Program-made: the position numbers and the translations under genes | Assembly: GCF_964355755.1 (NCBI RefSeq) | Contig: NC_092676.1 | Coordinates: 19,300,871 to 19,364,870, forward strand | Length of the DNA stretch: 64,000 nt | Source: Antedon mediterranea | Taxonomy: Eukaryota > Animalia > Echinodermata | Reading direction: 5' to 3' | The notes under the pieces: generated by a model | Told to the model about the DNA's origin: nothing | The model's input: the letters and a program-made list of their open reading frames with translations, nothing else | Database searches by the model: none | In this document: positions 40,107 through 54,470 of the stretch, piece by piece | Layout: each line of letters opens with the position of its first letter | How positions within the stretch are numbered: position 1 is the first letter of the stretch

Positions 40107-41253
40107 CTAGATTTGAACTCGTCACTACGGACGAGTTAGGTTATCCGCAGAGCAAAAGCCACGTGCACGTCACACGTTAGAATATTGCGCGCAGAAAAAC
40201 GATTATGCCATTGAAAAAAATGTTAGTGCGCCCTCTATTTTGTGTCGCCTCTAAGTATACGGTATAACACTATGTACTGAATACGTACTACATACAGTGC
40301 AGAATAGGTGAAAATAAGTGACCAAAGTTATTGACGCTTTTGAACATGATGACGTCATCACAATTTTAAAAATGGTGAATCGTGCGAAAGATAATTGATT
40401 GACCTAGACAAAATAAACAAATTGAGGGAAATGGAATACGGATAAGTGGAGATGCGCTCTATTAAATGTGACGAGCTATGACGAAAGAGACAAAAATCCT
40501 ATATTTCATATTCGAGTGGCCAAACGATGACGTCACAATGTCCGGTTAGCCATATCGATGCATGATTCGATATCTACAACTCATTATCTTCCAGAATGTG
40601 TAATTTAAAAAAAGTTCTCCTCGTAGTTTACAATCTATGACAGTTTTAAAAAAGGCATAATTTTGACGAATTTTTGAACTTTTTCTTCAAAAACGCGCGC
40701 AAATTGTTAAATTCTACGTGCTCGTATGACGTGATTTTAAGTCAAAATTGATTGAAAATTGGTAAATTTACTAGAAAAGGCTGAAAAAACAAAAATCGAG
40801 CAAAAAAAAGATGTTTTTGCGCTACGTGCGCACGCGCGCGTAAAAAATATGCGCACGCATTGGAATTTTTGAAATGCTCAAAATGGCCTGAAACGCGTAG
40901 AAAGTTGATTAGAAATGGATTTTTCGCAATTTGAAATTTTAAACGCGCCTGCGCGTGTAACTTTATGTCAAACATGCCATTTTTAATCCATAGAAAGTTT
41001 GCCCTTGATATGACTTAAATGTTCACCAAGTGTCATTACAAAATGACTTTTGCTTTTTAGTCTATGTTAAATACGCGAAATTCATAAAATCGCGCGTAGC
41101 TGACGCTGCGCGACTCTAAAGTAAAAAAACGAGCTGTCCTGCACTTCTACACATAGAGGTAAATCTTCTGACAAAGTTATACGATGTAATGTTGATCAGA
41201 ATTTGAGATACACGTGACACAAAATTTTGGGAAAGAAAGAAGAATAACATAGA
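40107..41253 (-). mobile_element. Family A element, headless
   Basis: Ends CATAGA|CTAG. Confidence 0.8.
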
Positions 41254-43625
41254 CTAGATTTGAACTCGTCACTACGGACGAGTTAGGTTATCCGCAGTGC
41301 AAAAGCCACGTGCACGTCATACGTTAGAATAGTGCGCGCAAAAAAATAAAACGATTATGGCATTGAAAAATGTTAGTGCGCTCTCTATGTTGCGTCGCGT
41401 CTAAGTATATACGGTATAACACTATATACTGTATACGTACTACATACAGTGCAGAATAGGTGAAAATAAGTGACCAAAGTTATTGACGCATTTGAACATG
41501 ATGACGTCATCACAATTTTTAAAATGGTGGATCATGCGAAAGGTAATTGATTGATCTAGACAATATAAAAAAATTGAGTGAAATGGAATAAGGATAAGTA
41601 GAGATGCGCTCTATTAAATTGACGAGCTATGACGAAAGAGAAAAAAATCCTATATTTTATATTCGGGTGGCCATACGATGACGTCACAATGTCTGGTTAG
41701 CCATATCAATGCATGATTCGAGAAAAACAACTCATCTACTTCCAGAATCTTAAATTTTAAATATTTTCACCTCGGAGTTTAGAATCTATGACTGTTTTAA
41801 AAAAGGCATAATTTTGACGAATTTTTGAACTTTTTCTTCAAAAACGCGCGCAAATTGTTCAATTCTACGTGCTCGTATGACGTGATTTTAAGTCGAAATT
41901 GATTGAAAATTGCTAAATGTACTAGAAAAGGCTGAAAAAAACAAAAATCAAGCAAAAAAAAGATGTTTTTGCGCTACGTGCGCACGCGCGCGTAAAAAAT
42001 ATGCGCACGCGTGGGAATTTTTGAAATGCTCAAAATGACCTGAAACGCGTAGAAAGTTGATTAGAAATGAATTTTTCGCAATTTGAAATTTTAAACGCGC
42101 GTGCGCTCGTAACTTTATGTCAAACATGCCATTTTTAATCCATAGAAAGTTTGCCCTTGATATGACTTAAATGTTCACTAAGTGTCATTACAAAATGACT
42201 TTTGCTTTTTAGTCTATGTTAAATACGCGAAATTCATAAAATCGCGCGTAGCTTACGCTGCGCGACTCTAAAGTAAACTAGATTTGAACTCGTCACTACG
42301 GACGAGTTAGGTTATCCGCAGTGCAAAAGCCACGTGCACGTCATACGTTAGAATAGTGCGCGCAAAAAAATAAAACGATTATGGCATTCAAAAATGTTAG
42401 TGCGCTCTCTATGTTGCGTCGCGTCTAAGTATATACGGTATAACACTATATACTGTATACGTACTACATACAGTGCAGAATAGGTGAAAATAAGTGACCA
42501 AAGTTATTGACGCATTTGAACATGATGACGTCATCACAATTTTTAAAATGGTGGATCATGCGAAAGGTAATTGATTGATCTAGACAATATAAAAAAATTG
42601 AGTTAAATGGAATAAGGATAAGTAGAGATGCGCTCTATTAAATTGACGAGCTATGACGAAAGAGAAAAAAATCCTATATTTTATATTCGGGTGGCCATAC
42701 GATGACGTCACAATGTCTGGTTAGCCATATCAATGCATGATTCGAGAAAAACAACTCATCTACTTCTAGAATCTGAAATTTTAAATATTTTCACCTCGGA
42801 GTTTAGAATCTATGACTTTTTAAAAAAAGGCATAATTTTCACAAATTTTTGAACTTTTTCATCAAAAACGCGCGCAAATTGTTCAATTCTACGTGCTCGT
42901 ATGACGTGATTTTAAGTCGAAATTGATTGAAAATTGGTAAATGTACTAGAAAAGGCTGAAAAAACAAAAATCAAGCAAAAAAAAAGATGTTTTTGCGCTA
43001 CGTGCGCACGCGCGCGTAAAAAATATGCGCACGCGTGGGAATTTTTGAAATGCTCAAAATGACCTGAAACGCGTAGAAAGTTGATTAGAAATGAATTTTT
43101 CGCAATTTAAAATTTTAAACGCGCGTGCGCGCGTAACTTTATGTCAAACATGCCATTTTTAATCCATAGAAAGTTTGCCCTTGATATGACTTAAATGTTC
43201 ACCAAGTGTCATTACAAAATGACTTTTGCTTTTTAGTCTATGTTAAATACGCCAAATTCATAAAATCGCGCGTAGCTTACGCTGCGCGACTCTAAAGTAA
43301 AAAAACGAGCTGTCCTGCACTTCTACACATAGAGGTAAATCTTCTGACAAAGTTATACGATGTAATGTTGATCAGAATTTGAGATACACGTGACACAAAA
43401 TTTTGGGAAAGAAAGAAGAATAACATAGAAAAAAAAAAAAAAAAAAAAGATCCTGACAATAACAAGAGGTTATCCGCCAAGAGCGGATAACCAAAAAACG
43501 AGCTGTCCTGCACTTCTACACATAGAGGTAAATCTTCTGACAAAGTTATACGATGTAATGTTGATCAGAATTTGAGATACACGTGACACAAAATTTTGGG
43601 AAAGAAAGAAGAATAACATAGAAAA
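41254..43625 (-). mobile_element. Family A element (41254-42277 + 43495-43625), headless, split by nested copy
   Basis: AAAGT-AAA | AAAA-CGAGCTG restores GT-A7-CG. Confidence 0.83.
42278..43494 (-). mobile_element. Family A element, complete, nested
   Basis: Both termini, 1217 bp. Confidence 0.85.
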
Positions 43626-44776
43626 CTAGATTTGAACTCGTCACTACGGACGAGTTAGGTTATCCGCAGTGCAAAAGCCACGTGCACGTCATACGTTAGA
43701 ATAGTGCGCGCAAAAAAATAAAACGATTATGGCATTGAAAAATGTTAGTGCGCTCTCTATGTTGCGTCGCGTCTAAGTATATACGGTATAACACTATATA
43801 CTGTATACGTACTACATACAGTGCAGAATAGGTGAAAATAAGTGACCAAAGTTATTGACGCATTTGAACATGATGACGTCATCACAATTTTTAAAATGGT
43901 GGATCATGCGAAAGGTAATTGATTGATCTAGACAATATAAAAAAATTGAGTGAAATGGAATAAGGATAAGTAGAGATGCGCTCTATTAAATTAACGAGCT
44001 ATGACGAAAGAGAAAAAAATCCTATATTTTATATTCGGGTGGCCATACGATGACGTCACAATGTCTGGTTAGCCATATCAATGCATGATTCGAGAAAATC
44101 AACTCATCTACTTCCAGAATCTGAAATTTTAAATATTTTCACCTCGGAGTTTAGAATCTATGACTTTTTAAAAAAAGGCATAATTTTCACAAATTTTTGA
44201 ACTTTTTCATCAAAAACGCGCACAAATTGTTCAATTCTACGTGCTCGTATGACGTGATTTTAAGTCGAAATTGATTGAAAATTGGTAAATGTACTAGAAA
44301 AGGCTGAAAAAACAAAAATCAAGCAAAAAAAAGATGTTTTTGCGCTACGTGCGCACGCGCGCGTAAAAAATATGCGCACGCGTGGGAATTTCTGAAATGC
44401 TCAAAATGACCTGAAACGCGTAGAAAGTTGATTAGAAATGAATTTTTCGCAATTTGAAATTTTAAACGCGCGTGCGCGCGTAACTTTATGTCAAACATGC
44501 CATTTTTAATCCATAGAAAGTTTGCCCTTGATATGACTTAAATGTTCACCAAGTGTCATTACAAAATGACTTTTGCTTTTTAGTCTATGTTAAATACGCG
44601 AAATTCATAAAATCGCGCGTAGCTTACGCTGCGCGACTCTAAAGTAAAAAAACGAGCTGTCCTGCACTTCTACACATAGAGGTAAATCTTCTGACAAAGT
44701 TATACGATGTAATGTTGATCAGAATTTGAGATACACGTGACACAAAATTTTGGGAAAGAAAGAAGAATAACATAGA
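43626..44776 (-). mobile_element. Family A element, headless
   Basis: Ends CATAGA|CTAG. Confidence 0.8.
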
Positions 44777-45986
44777 CTAGATTTGAACTCGTCACTACGG
44801 ACGAGTTAGGTTATCCGCAGCGCAAAAGCCACGTGCACGTCATACGTTAGAATAGTGCGCGCAAAAAAATAAAACGATTATGGCATTGAAAAATGTTAGT
44901 GCGCTCTCTATGTTGCGTCGCGTCTAAGTATATACGGTATAACACTATATACTGTATACGTACTACATACAGTGCAGAATAGGTGAAAATAAGAGACCAA
45001 AGTTATTGACGCATTTGAACATGATGACGTCATCACAATTTTTAAAATGGTGGATCATGCGAAAGGTAATTGATTGATCTAGACAATATAAAAAAATTGA
45101 GTGAAATGGAATAAGGATAAGTAGAGATGCGCTCTATTAAATTGACGAGCTATGACGAAAGAGAAAAAAATCCTATATTTTATATTCGGGTGGCCATACG
45201 ATGACGTCACAATGTCTGGTTAGCCATATCAATGCATGATTCGAGAAAAACAACTCATCTACTTCCAGAATCTGAAATTTTAAATATTTTCACCTCGGAG
45301 TTTAGAATCTATGACTTTTTAAAAAAAGGCATAATTTTCACAAATTTTTGAACTTTTTCATCAAAAACGCGCGCAAATTGTTCAATTCTACGTGCTCGTA
45401 TGACGTGATTTTAAGTCGAAATTGATTGAAAATTGGTAAATGTACTAGAAAAGGCTGAAAAAACAAAAATCAAGCAAAAAAAAGACGTTTTTGCACTACG
45501 TGCGCACGCGCGCGTAAAAAATATGCGCACGCCTTGGAATTTTTGAAATGCTCAAAATGACCTGAAACGCGTAGAAAGTTGATTAGAAATGAATTTTTCG
45601 CAATTTGAAATTTTAAACGCGCGTGCGCGCGTAACTTTATGTCAAACATGCCATTTTTAATCCATAGAAAGTTTGCCCTTGATATGACTTAAATGTTCAC
45701 CAAGTGTCATTACAAAATGACTTTTGCTTTTTAGTCTATGTTAAATACGCGAAATTCATAAAATCGCGCGTAGCTTACGCTGCGCGACTCTAAAGTAAAA
45801 AAACGAGCTGTCCTGCACTTCTACACATAGAGGTTAATCTTCTGACAAAGTTATACGATGTAATGTTGATCAGAATTTGAGATACACGTGACACAAAATT
45901 TTGGGAAAGAAAGAAGAATAACATAGAAAAAAAAAAAAAAGATCCTGACAATAACAAGAGGTTATCCGCCAAGAGCGGATAACCAA
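44777..45986 (-). mobile_element. Family A element, complete
   Basis: Both termini; residual AAAA. Confidence 0.82.
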
Positions 45987-45990
45987 AAAA

Positions 45991-47199
45991 CTAGATTTGA
46001 ACTCGTCACTACGGACGAGTTAGGTTATCCGCAGAGCAAAAGCCACGTGCACGTCACACGTTAGAATATTGCGCGCAGAAAAACATTATGCCATTGAAAA
46101 AATGTTAGTGCGCTCTCTATTTTACGTCACGTCTAAGTACGTATACACGGTATACACTATATATTGTATACGTACTACATACAGTCAAGAATATGTGAAA
46201 ATAAGTGGCCCAAGTTATTGACGCTTTTGGACATGATGAAGTCATCACAATTTTAGAAACGGTATATCATGCGAAAGATAATTGATTGATCTAGACAATA
46301 TAAAAAAATGGGGGGAAATGGAATTCGGATAAGTGGAGATGCGCTCTATTAAATGTGATGAGCTATGACGAAAGAGACAAAAATCCTATATTTTATATTT
46401 GGGTGGCCATACGATGACGTCACAATGACCGGTTAGCCATATCAATGAATGATTCGAGAAATACAACTCATCTACTTCCAGAATATGTAATTTGAAAAAA
46501 GTTCACAACGTAGTTTAGAATTTATGACTGTTTAAAAAAAGGTCTAATTTTGACGATTTTTTGAAGTTTTTCATCAAAAACACGCGCAAATTATCCAATT
46601 CTACGTGCTCGTGTGACGTGATTTTAAGTCGAAATTGATTGAAAATTTATAAATTTACTAGAAAAGGCTGAAAAAACAAAAATCAAGCAAAAAAAAGATG
46701 TTTTTGCGCTACGTGCGCACGCGCGAGTACAAAATTTGCGCACGCGTGGGAATTTTTGAAATGCTCAAAATGACATGAAACGCATAGAAAGTTGATTAGA
46801 AATTGATTTTTCGCATTTTGAAATTTTAAACGCGCGTGCGCGCGTAACTTTCTATGAAATATGCCATTTTTCATCCATAGAAAGTTTGCGCTTGATATGA
46901 CTTAAATGTTCACCAAGTGTCATTCCAAAATGACTTTTGGTTTTTAGTCTATGTTAAATACGCGAAATTCATAAAATTGCGCGTAACTTACGCTGCGCGA
47001 CTCTAAAGTAAAAAAACGAGCTGTCCTGCACTTCTACAGATAGAGGTAAATCTTCTGACAAAGTTATACGATGTAATGTTGATCAGAATTTGAGATACAC
47101 GTGACACAAAATTCTGGGAAAGAAAGAAGAATAACATAGAAAAAAAAAAAAAAGATCCTGACAATAACAAGAGGTTATCCGCCAAGTGCGGATAACCAA
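45991..47199 (-). mobile_element. Family A element, complete; orphan head 47200-47254
   Basis: Two heads in tandem. Confidence 0.82.
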
Positions 47200-47254
47200 A
47201 AAAAAAAAGATCCTGACAATAACAAGAGGTTATCCGCCAAGTGCGGATAACCAA

Positions 47255-48422
47255 CTAGATTTGAACTCGTCACTACGGACGAGTTAGGTTATCCGCAGCC
47301 CAAAAGCCACGTGCACGTCATACGTTCGAATAGTGCGCGCAAAAAAATAAAACGATTATGGCATTGAAAAATGTTAGTGCGCTCTCTATGTTGCGTCGCG
47401 TCTAAGTATATACGGTATAACACTATATACTGTATACGTACTACATACAGTGCAGAATAGGTAAAAATAAGTGACCAAAGTTATTGACGCATTTGAACAT
47501 GATGACGTTATCACAATTTTTAAAATGGTGGATCATGCGAAAGGTAATTGATTGATCTAGACAATATAAAAAAATTGAGTGAAATGGAATAAGGATAAGT
47601 AGAGATGCGCTCTATTAAATTGACGAGCTATGACGAAAGAGAAAAAAATCCTATATTTTATATTCGGGTGGCCATACGATGACGTCACAATGTCTGGTTA
47701 GCCATATCAATGCATGATTCGAGAAAAACAACTCATCTACTTCCAGAATCTGAAATTTTAAATATTTTCACCTCGGAGTTTAGAATCTATGACTTTTTAA
47801 AAAAAGGCATAATTTTCACAAATTTTTGAACTTTTTCATCAAAAACGCGCGCAAATTGTTCAATTCTACGTGCTCGTATGACGTGATTTTAAGTCGAAAT
47901 TGATTGAAAATTGGTAAATTTACTAGAAAAGGCTGAAAAAACAAAAATCAAGCAAAAAAAAGATGTTTTTGCGCTACGTGCGCACGCGCGCGTAAAAAAT
48001 ATGCGCACGCGTGGGAATTTTTGAAATGCTCAAAATGACCTGAAACGCGTAAAAAGTTGATTAGAAATGGATTTTTCGCAATTTAAAATTTTAAACGCGC
48101 GTGCGCGCGTAACTTTATGTCAAACATGCCATTTTTAATCCATAGAAAGTTTGCCCTTGATATGACTTAAATGTTCACCAAGTGTCATTACAAAATGACT
48201 TTTGCTTTTTAGTGTATGTTAAATACGCGAAATTCATAAAATCGCGCGTAGCTTACGCTGCGCGACTCTAAAGTAAAAAAACGAGCTGTCCTGCACTTCT
48301 ACAGATAGAGGTAAATCTTCTGACAAACTTATACGATGTAATGTTGATCAAAATTTGAGATACACGTGACACAAAATTTTGGGAAAGAAAGAAGAATAAC
48401 ATAGAAAAAAAAAAAAAAAAAA
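47255..48422 (-). mobile_element. Family A element, headless
   Basis: Ends in A-run before CTAG 48423. Confidence 0.8.
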
Positions 48423-49577
48423 CTAGATTTGAACTCGTCACTACGGACGAGTTAGGTTATCCGCAGCGCAAAAGCCACGTGCACGTCATACGTTAGAATA
48501 GTGCGCGCAAAAAAATAAAACGATTATGGCATTGAAAAATGTTAGTGCGCTCTCTATGTTGCGTCGCGTCTAAGTATATACGGTATAACACTATATACTG
48601 TATACGTACTACATACAGTGCAGAATAGGTGAAAATAAGTGACCAAAGTTATTGACGCATTTGAACATGATGACGTCATCACAATTTTTAAAATGGTGGA
48701 TCATGCGAAAGGTAATTGATTGATCTAGACAATATAAAAAAATTGAGTGAAATGGAATAAGGATAAGTAGAGATGCGCTCTATTAAATTGACGAGCTATG
48801 ACGAAAGAGAAAAAAATCCTATATTTTATATTCGGGTGGCCATACGATGACGTCACAATGTCTGGTTAGCCATATCAATGCATGATTCGAGAAAAACAAC
48901 TCATCTACTTCCAGAATCTGAAATTTTAAATATTTTCACCTCGGAGTTTAGAATCTATGACTTTTTAAAAAAAGGCATAATTTTCAAAAATTTTTGAACT
49001 TTTTCATCAAAAACGCGCGCAAATTGTTCAATTCTACGTGCTCGTATGACGTGATTTTAAGTCGAAATTGATTGAAAATTGGTAAATGTACTAGAAAAGG
49101 CTGAAAAAACAAAAATCAAGCAAAAAAAAGACGTTTTTGCACTACGTGCGCACGCGCGCGTAAAAAATATGCGCACGCGTGGGAATTTTTGAAATGCTCA
49201 AAATGACCTGAAACGCGTAGAAAGTTGATTAGAAATGAATTTTTCGCAATTTGAAATTTTAAACGCGCGTGCGCGCGTAACTTTATGTCAAACATGCCAT
49301 TTTTAATCCATAGAAAGTTTTCCCTTGATATGACTTAAATGTTCACCAAGTGTCATTACAAAATGACTTTTGCTTTTTAGTCTATGTTAAATACGCGAAA
49401 TTCATAAAATCGCGCGTAGCTTACGCTGCGCGACTCTAAAGTAAAAAAACGAGCTGTCCTGCACTTCTACACATAGAGGTAAATCTTCTGACAAAGTTAT
49501 ACGATGTAATGTTGATCAGAATTTGAGATACACGTGACACAAAATTTTGGGAAAGAAAGAAGAATAACATAGAAAAA
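48423..49577 (-). mobile_element. Family A element, headless
   Basis: Ends CATAGAAAAA|CTAG. Confidence 0.8.
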
Positions 49578-50729
49578 CTAGATTTGAACTCGTCACTACG
49601 GACGAGTTAGGTTATCCGCAGCGCAAAGGCCACGTGCACGTCATACATTAAAATATTGCGCGCAGAAAAACCATTAAGTCATTGAAACAATTTCAGTGTG
49701 CTCTCTATTTTTCGTCACGTCTGAATATATACGGTATACGCTATATACTGTATACGTACTACATACAGTGCAGAATAGGTGAAAATAAGTGACCAAAGTT
49801 ATTGACGCTTTTGGACATGATGACGTCATCACAATTTCTAAAATGGTTAATCATGCGAAAGATAATTGATTGACCTAGACAATATAAAGAAATGGAGGGC
49901 AATGGAATACGGATAACCGGAGATGCGCTCTATTAAATGTGATGAGCTATACGAAAGAGAAAAAAATCCTATATTCTATATTCGAGTAGCCATACGATGA
50001 CGTCACAATGTCCTGTTAGCCATATTGATACATGATTCGATATCTACAACTCATCTACTACCAGAATATGTATTTACAAAAAAGTTCACCACGTAGTTTA
50101 GAATCTATGACTGTTTAAAAAAAGGCATAATTTTGACAAATTTTTAGACTTTTTCATCAAAATTGCGCGCAAATTGTTTAATTCTACGTGCTCGTATGAC
50201 GAGATTTTAAGGCAAAATTGATTGAAAGTTGATAAATTTATTATAAAAGACAGAAAAAACAAAAATCAAGCAAAAAAAAGATGTTTTTGCGCTACGTGCG
50301 CACGTGCGCGTAAAAAAAGTGCGCAAGCGTGGGAATTTTTGAAATGCTCAAAATGACATGAAACGCGTAGAAAGTTGATTAGAAATTGATTTTTCGCACT
50401 TTGAAATTTTAAACGCGCGTGCGCGCGTAACTTTTTGCGCAACCTGCCATATTTAATCTACAGAAAGTTTGCGCTTTATATGACTTAAATTTTCACCAAG
50501 TTTTAATACAAAATGACTTTTGGTTTTTAATCTATGATCAATAATTGAAATTCATAAAATCACGCGTAACTTACGCTGCGCGACTCGAAATTTGAAAAAA
50601 AAAGTTTCTTGCACATCTACAGATATAGGGCAATCTTTTGACAAAGTTATACAATCTTCTGTTGGCTAGAATTAGAGATACGCTGCCCACAAAAAATGGG
50701 AGAGAAGTGTGGAAAGAAAGAAATAAATA
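49578..50729 (-). mobile_element. Family A element, variant AAATAAATA end
   Basis: GGGAGAGAAGTGTGGAAAGAAAGAAATAAATA|CTAG. Confidence 0.75.
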
Positions 50730-51939
50730 CTAGATTTGAACTCGTCACTACGGACGAGTTAGGTTATCCGCATCGCAAAACCCACGCGCATGACACCTAA
50801 GTTAGAATATTGCGCGCAGAAAAACGATTATGCCATTGAAAAAATGTTAGTGAGCCCTCTATTTTGTGTCGCATCTAAGTGTGTACGGTATACACTATAT
50901 ACTGTATACGTACTACATACAGTGCAGAATAGGTGAAAATAAGTGACCAAAGTTATTGACGCATTTGAACATGAAGACGTCATCACAACTTTAAAAATGG
51001 TGAATCATGCGAAAGATAATTGATTGATCTAGACAATATAAAAAAATTGAGTGAAATGGAATAAAGATAAGTAGAGATGCGCTCTATTAAATTGACGAGC
51101 TATGACGAAAGAGAAAAAAATCCTATATTTTATATTCGGGTGGCCATACGATGACGTCACAATGTCCGGTTAGCCATATCAATGCATGATTCGAGAAAAA
51201 CAACTCATCTACTTCCAGAATATGTAATTTTAAAAAAGTTCACCACGTAGTTTAGAATTTATGACTGTTTAAAAAAAGGTCTAATTTTGACGATTTTTTG
51301 AAGTTTTTCATCAAAAACACGCGCAAATTATCCAATTCTACGTGCTCGTGTGACGTGATTTTAAGTCGAAATTGATTGAAAATTTATAAATTTACTAGAA
51401 AAGGCTGAAAAAACAAAAATCAAGCAAAAAAAAGATGTTTTTGCGCTACGTGCGCATGCGCGCGTAAAAAATTTGCGCACGCGTGGGAATTTTTGAAATG
51501 CTCAAAATGACATGAAACGCATAGAAAATTGATTAGAAATTGATTTTTCGCATTTTGAAATTTTAAACGCGCGTGCGCGCGTAACTTTTTGTGAAACATG
51601 CCATTTTTAATCCATAGAAAGTTTGCGCATGATATGACTTAAATTTTCACCAAGTTTCAATGCAAAATGATTCTTAGTTTTTATTCTATGATCAATCATT
51701 GAAATTTATAAAATCGCGCGTAACTTACGCTGCGCGACACGAAATTCAAAAAAAAAAGTTTCTTGCACATCTACAGCTACAGGGCAAACTTTTGACAAAG
51801 TTATACAATCATATGTTGGCCAGAATTAGAGATACGCTGCGAACAAAAAACGTGGAAAGAAAGAAGAAAATAGAAGAAAAAAGAGAAAAAAAAGATCGTG
51901 ACAATAACAAGGGGTTATCCGCCAAGTGCGGATAACCAA
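50730..51939 (-). mobile_element. Family A element, complete
   Basis: Both termini. Confidence 0.82.
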
Positions 51940-53154
51940 CTAGATTTGAACTCGTCACTACGGACGAGTTAGGTTATCCGCAGCGCAAAGGCCACGTGCA
52001 CGTCATACGTTAAAATATTGCGCGCAGAAAAACGATTAAGTAATTGAAACAATTTCAGCGTGCTCTTTATTTTTCGTCACGTCTGAGTATATACGGTATA
52101 CACTATATACTGTATACGTACTACATACAGTGCAGAATAGGTGAAAATAAGTGAACAAAGTTATTGACGCTTTTGAACATGATGACGTCATCACAATTTT
52201 TAAAATGGTGAATCGTGCGAAAGATAATTAATAGACCTAGACAACATAAAAAAAATGGGGAGAAATGGAATACATATAAGTGGAGATGCGCTATATTAAA
52301 TGTGACGAGCTACGAGGAAAGAGACAAAAATCCTATATTTTATATTCGAATGGCCATACGATGACGTCACAATGTCTGGTTAGCCATATTGATGCATGAT
52401 TTGATATCTGCAACTCATCTACTACCAGAATATGTAATTATAAAAAAGTTCACCACGTAGTTTAGAATTTATGACTGTTTAAAAAAAGGCATAATTTTGA
52501 CTAATTTTTGAACTTTTTCATCAAAAATGCGCGTAAATTGTTTAATTATACGTGCTCGTATGACGTGATTTTGAGTCGAAATTGTTTGAAAGTCGGTAAA
52601 TTTTCTAAAAAAGACAGGAAAAACAAAAATCAAGCAAAAAAATGATGTTTTTGCGCTACATGCGCACGTGCGCGTAAAAAAATTGCGCACGCGTGGGAAT
52701 TTTCGAAATGCTCAAAATGACATGAAACGCGTAGAAAGTTGATTAGATATTGATTTTTCGCAATTTAAAATTTTAAACGCGCGTGCGCGCGTAACTTTTT
52801 GTGAAAAATGCCATTTTTAATCCATAGGAAGTTTGCGCATTATATGACTTAAATGTTCACCAAGTTTCAATACAAAACGACTTTTAGTTTTTATTCTATG
52901 ATCAATCATTGAAATTCACAAAATCGCGCGTAACTTACGCTGCGCAACTCCAAAATCGTCCAAAAGCTTGGCTGCACATCTACAGCTATAGGTCAATCTT
53001 ATGACAAAGTTATACAATCTTATGTTGGCCAGAATTAGAGATATGCGACCAACAAAATTCGTGGAAAGAAAGAAGAACATAGAAAAAAAAAAAAAAAAAA
53101 AAAAAAAAGATCCTGACAATAACAAGGGGTTATCCGCCAAGTGCGGATAACCAA
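51940..53154 (-). mobile_element. Family A element, complete
   Basis: Both termini. Confidence 0.82.
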
Positions 53155-54364
53155 CTAGATTTGAACTCGTCACTACGGACGAGTTAGGTTATCCGCAGTG
53201 CAAAAGCCACGTGCACGTCATACGTTAGAATAGTGCGCGCAAAAAAATAAAACAATTATGGCATTGAAAAATGTTAGTGCGCTCTCTATGTTGCGTCGCG
53301 TCTAAGTATATACGGTATAACACTATATACTGTATACGTACTACATACAGTGCAGAATAGGTGAAAATAAGTGACCAAAGTTATTGACGCATTTGAACAT
53401 GATGACGTCATCACAATTTTTAAAATGGTGGATCATGCGAAAGGTAATTGATTGATCTAGACAATATAAAAAAATTGAGTGAAATGGAATAAGGATAAGT
53501 AGAGATGCGCTCTATTAAATTGACGAGCTATGACGAAAGAGAAAAAAATCCTATATTTTATATTCGGGTGGCCATACGATGACGTCACAATGTCTGGTTA
53601 GCCATATCAATGCATGATTCGAGAAAAACAACTCATCTACTTCCAGAATCTGAAATTTTAAATATTTTCACCTCGGAGTTTAGAATCTATGACTTTTTAA
53701 AAAAAGGCATAATTTTCACAAATTTTTGAACTTTTTCATCAAAAACGCGCGCAAATTGTTCAATTCTACGTGCTCGTATGACGTGATTTAAAGTCGAAAT
53801 TGATTGAAAATTGGTAAATGTACTAGAAAAGGCTGAAAAAACAAAAATCAAGCAAAAAAAAGATGTTTTTGCACTACGTGCGCACGCGCGCGTAAAAAAT
53901 ATGCGCACGCCTGGGAATTTTTGAAATGCTCAAAATGACCTGAAACGCGTAGAAAGTTGATTAGAAATGAATTTTTCGCAATTTGAAATTTTAAACATGC
54001 GTGCGCGCGTAACTTTATGTCAAACATGCCATTTTTAATCCATAGAAAGTTTGCCCTTGATATGACTTAAATGTTCACCAAGTGTCATTACAAAATGACT
54101 TTTGCTTTTTAGTCTATGTTAAATACGCGAAATTCATAAAATCGCGCGTAGCTTACGCTGCGCGACTCTAAAGTAAAAAAACGAGCTGTCCTGCACTTCT
54201 ACACATAGAGGTAAATCTTCTGACAAAGTTATACGATGTAATGTTGATCAGAATTTGAGATACACGTGACACAAAATTTTGGGAAAGAAAGAAGAATAAC
54301 ATAGAAAAAAAAAAAAAAGATCCTGACAATAACAAGAGGTTATCCGCCAAGAGCGGATAACCAA
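53155..54364 (-). mobile_element. Family A element, complete; two orphan heads 54365-54419 and 54420-54470
   Basis: Three heads in tandem. Confidence 0.82.
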
Positions 54365-54470
54365 AAAAAAAAAGATCCTGACAATAACAAGAGGTTATCC
54401 GCCAAGAGCGGATAACCAAAAAAAGATCCTGACAATAACAAGAGGTTATCCGCCAAGAGCGGATAACCAA

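Noticed and set aside
54319-54470. CRISPR-like array of palindromic ~45-bp repeats
   Set aside because: The 'spacers' are only A-runs and there are no cas genes; these are stacked element heads.
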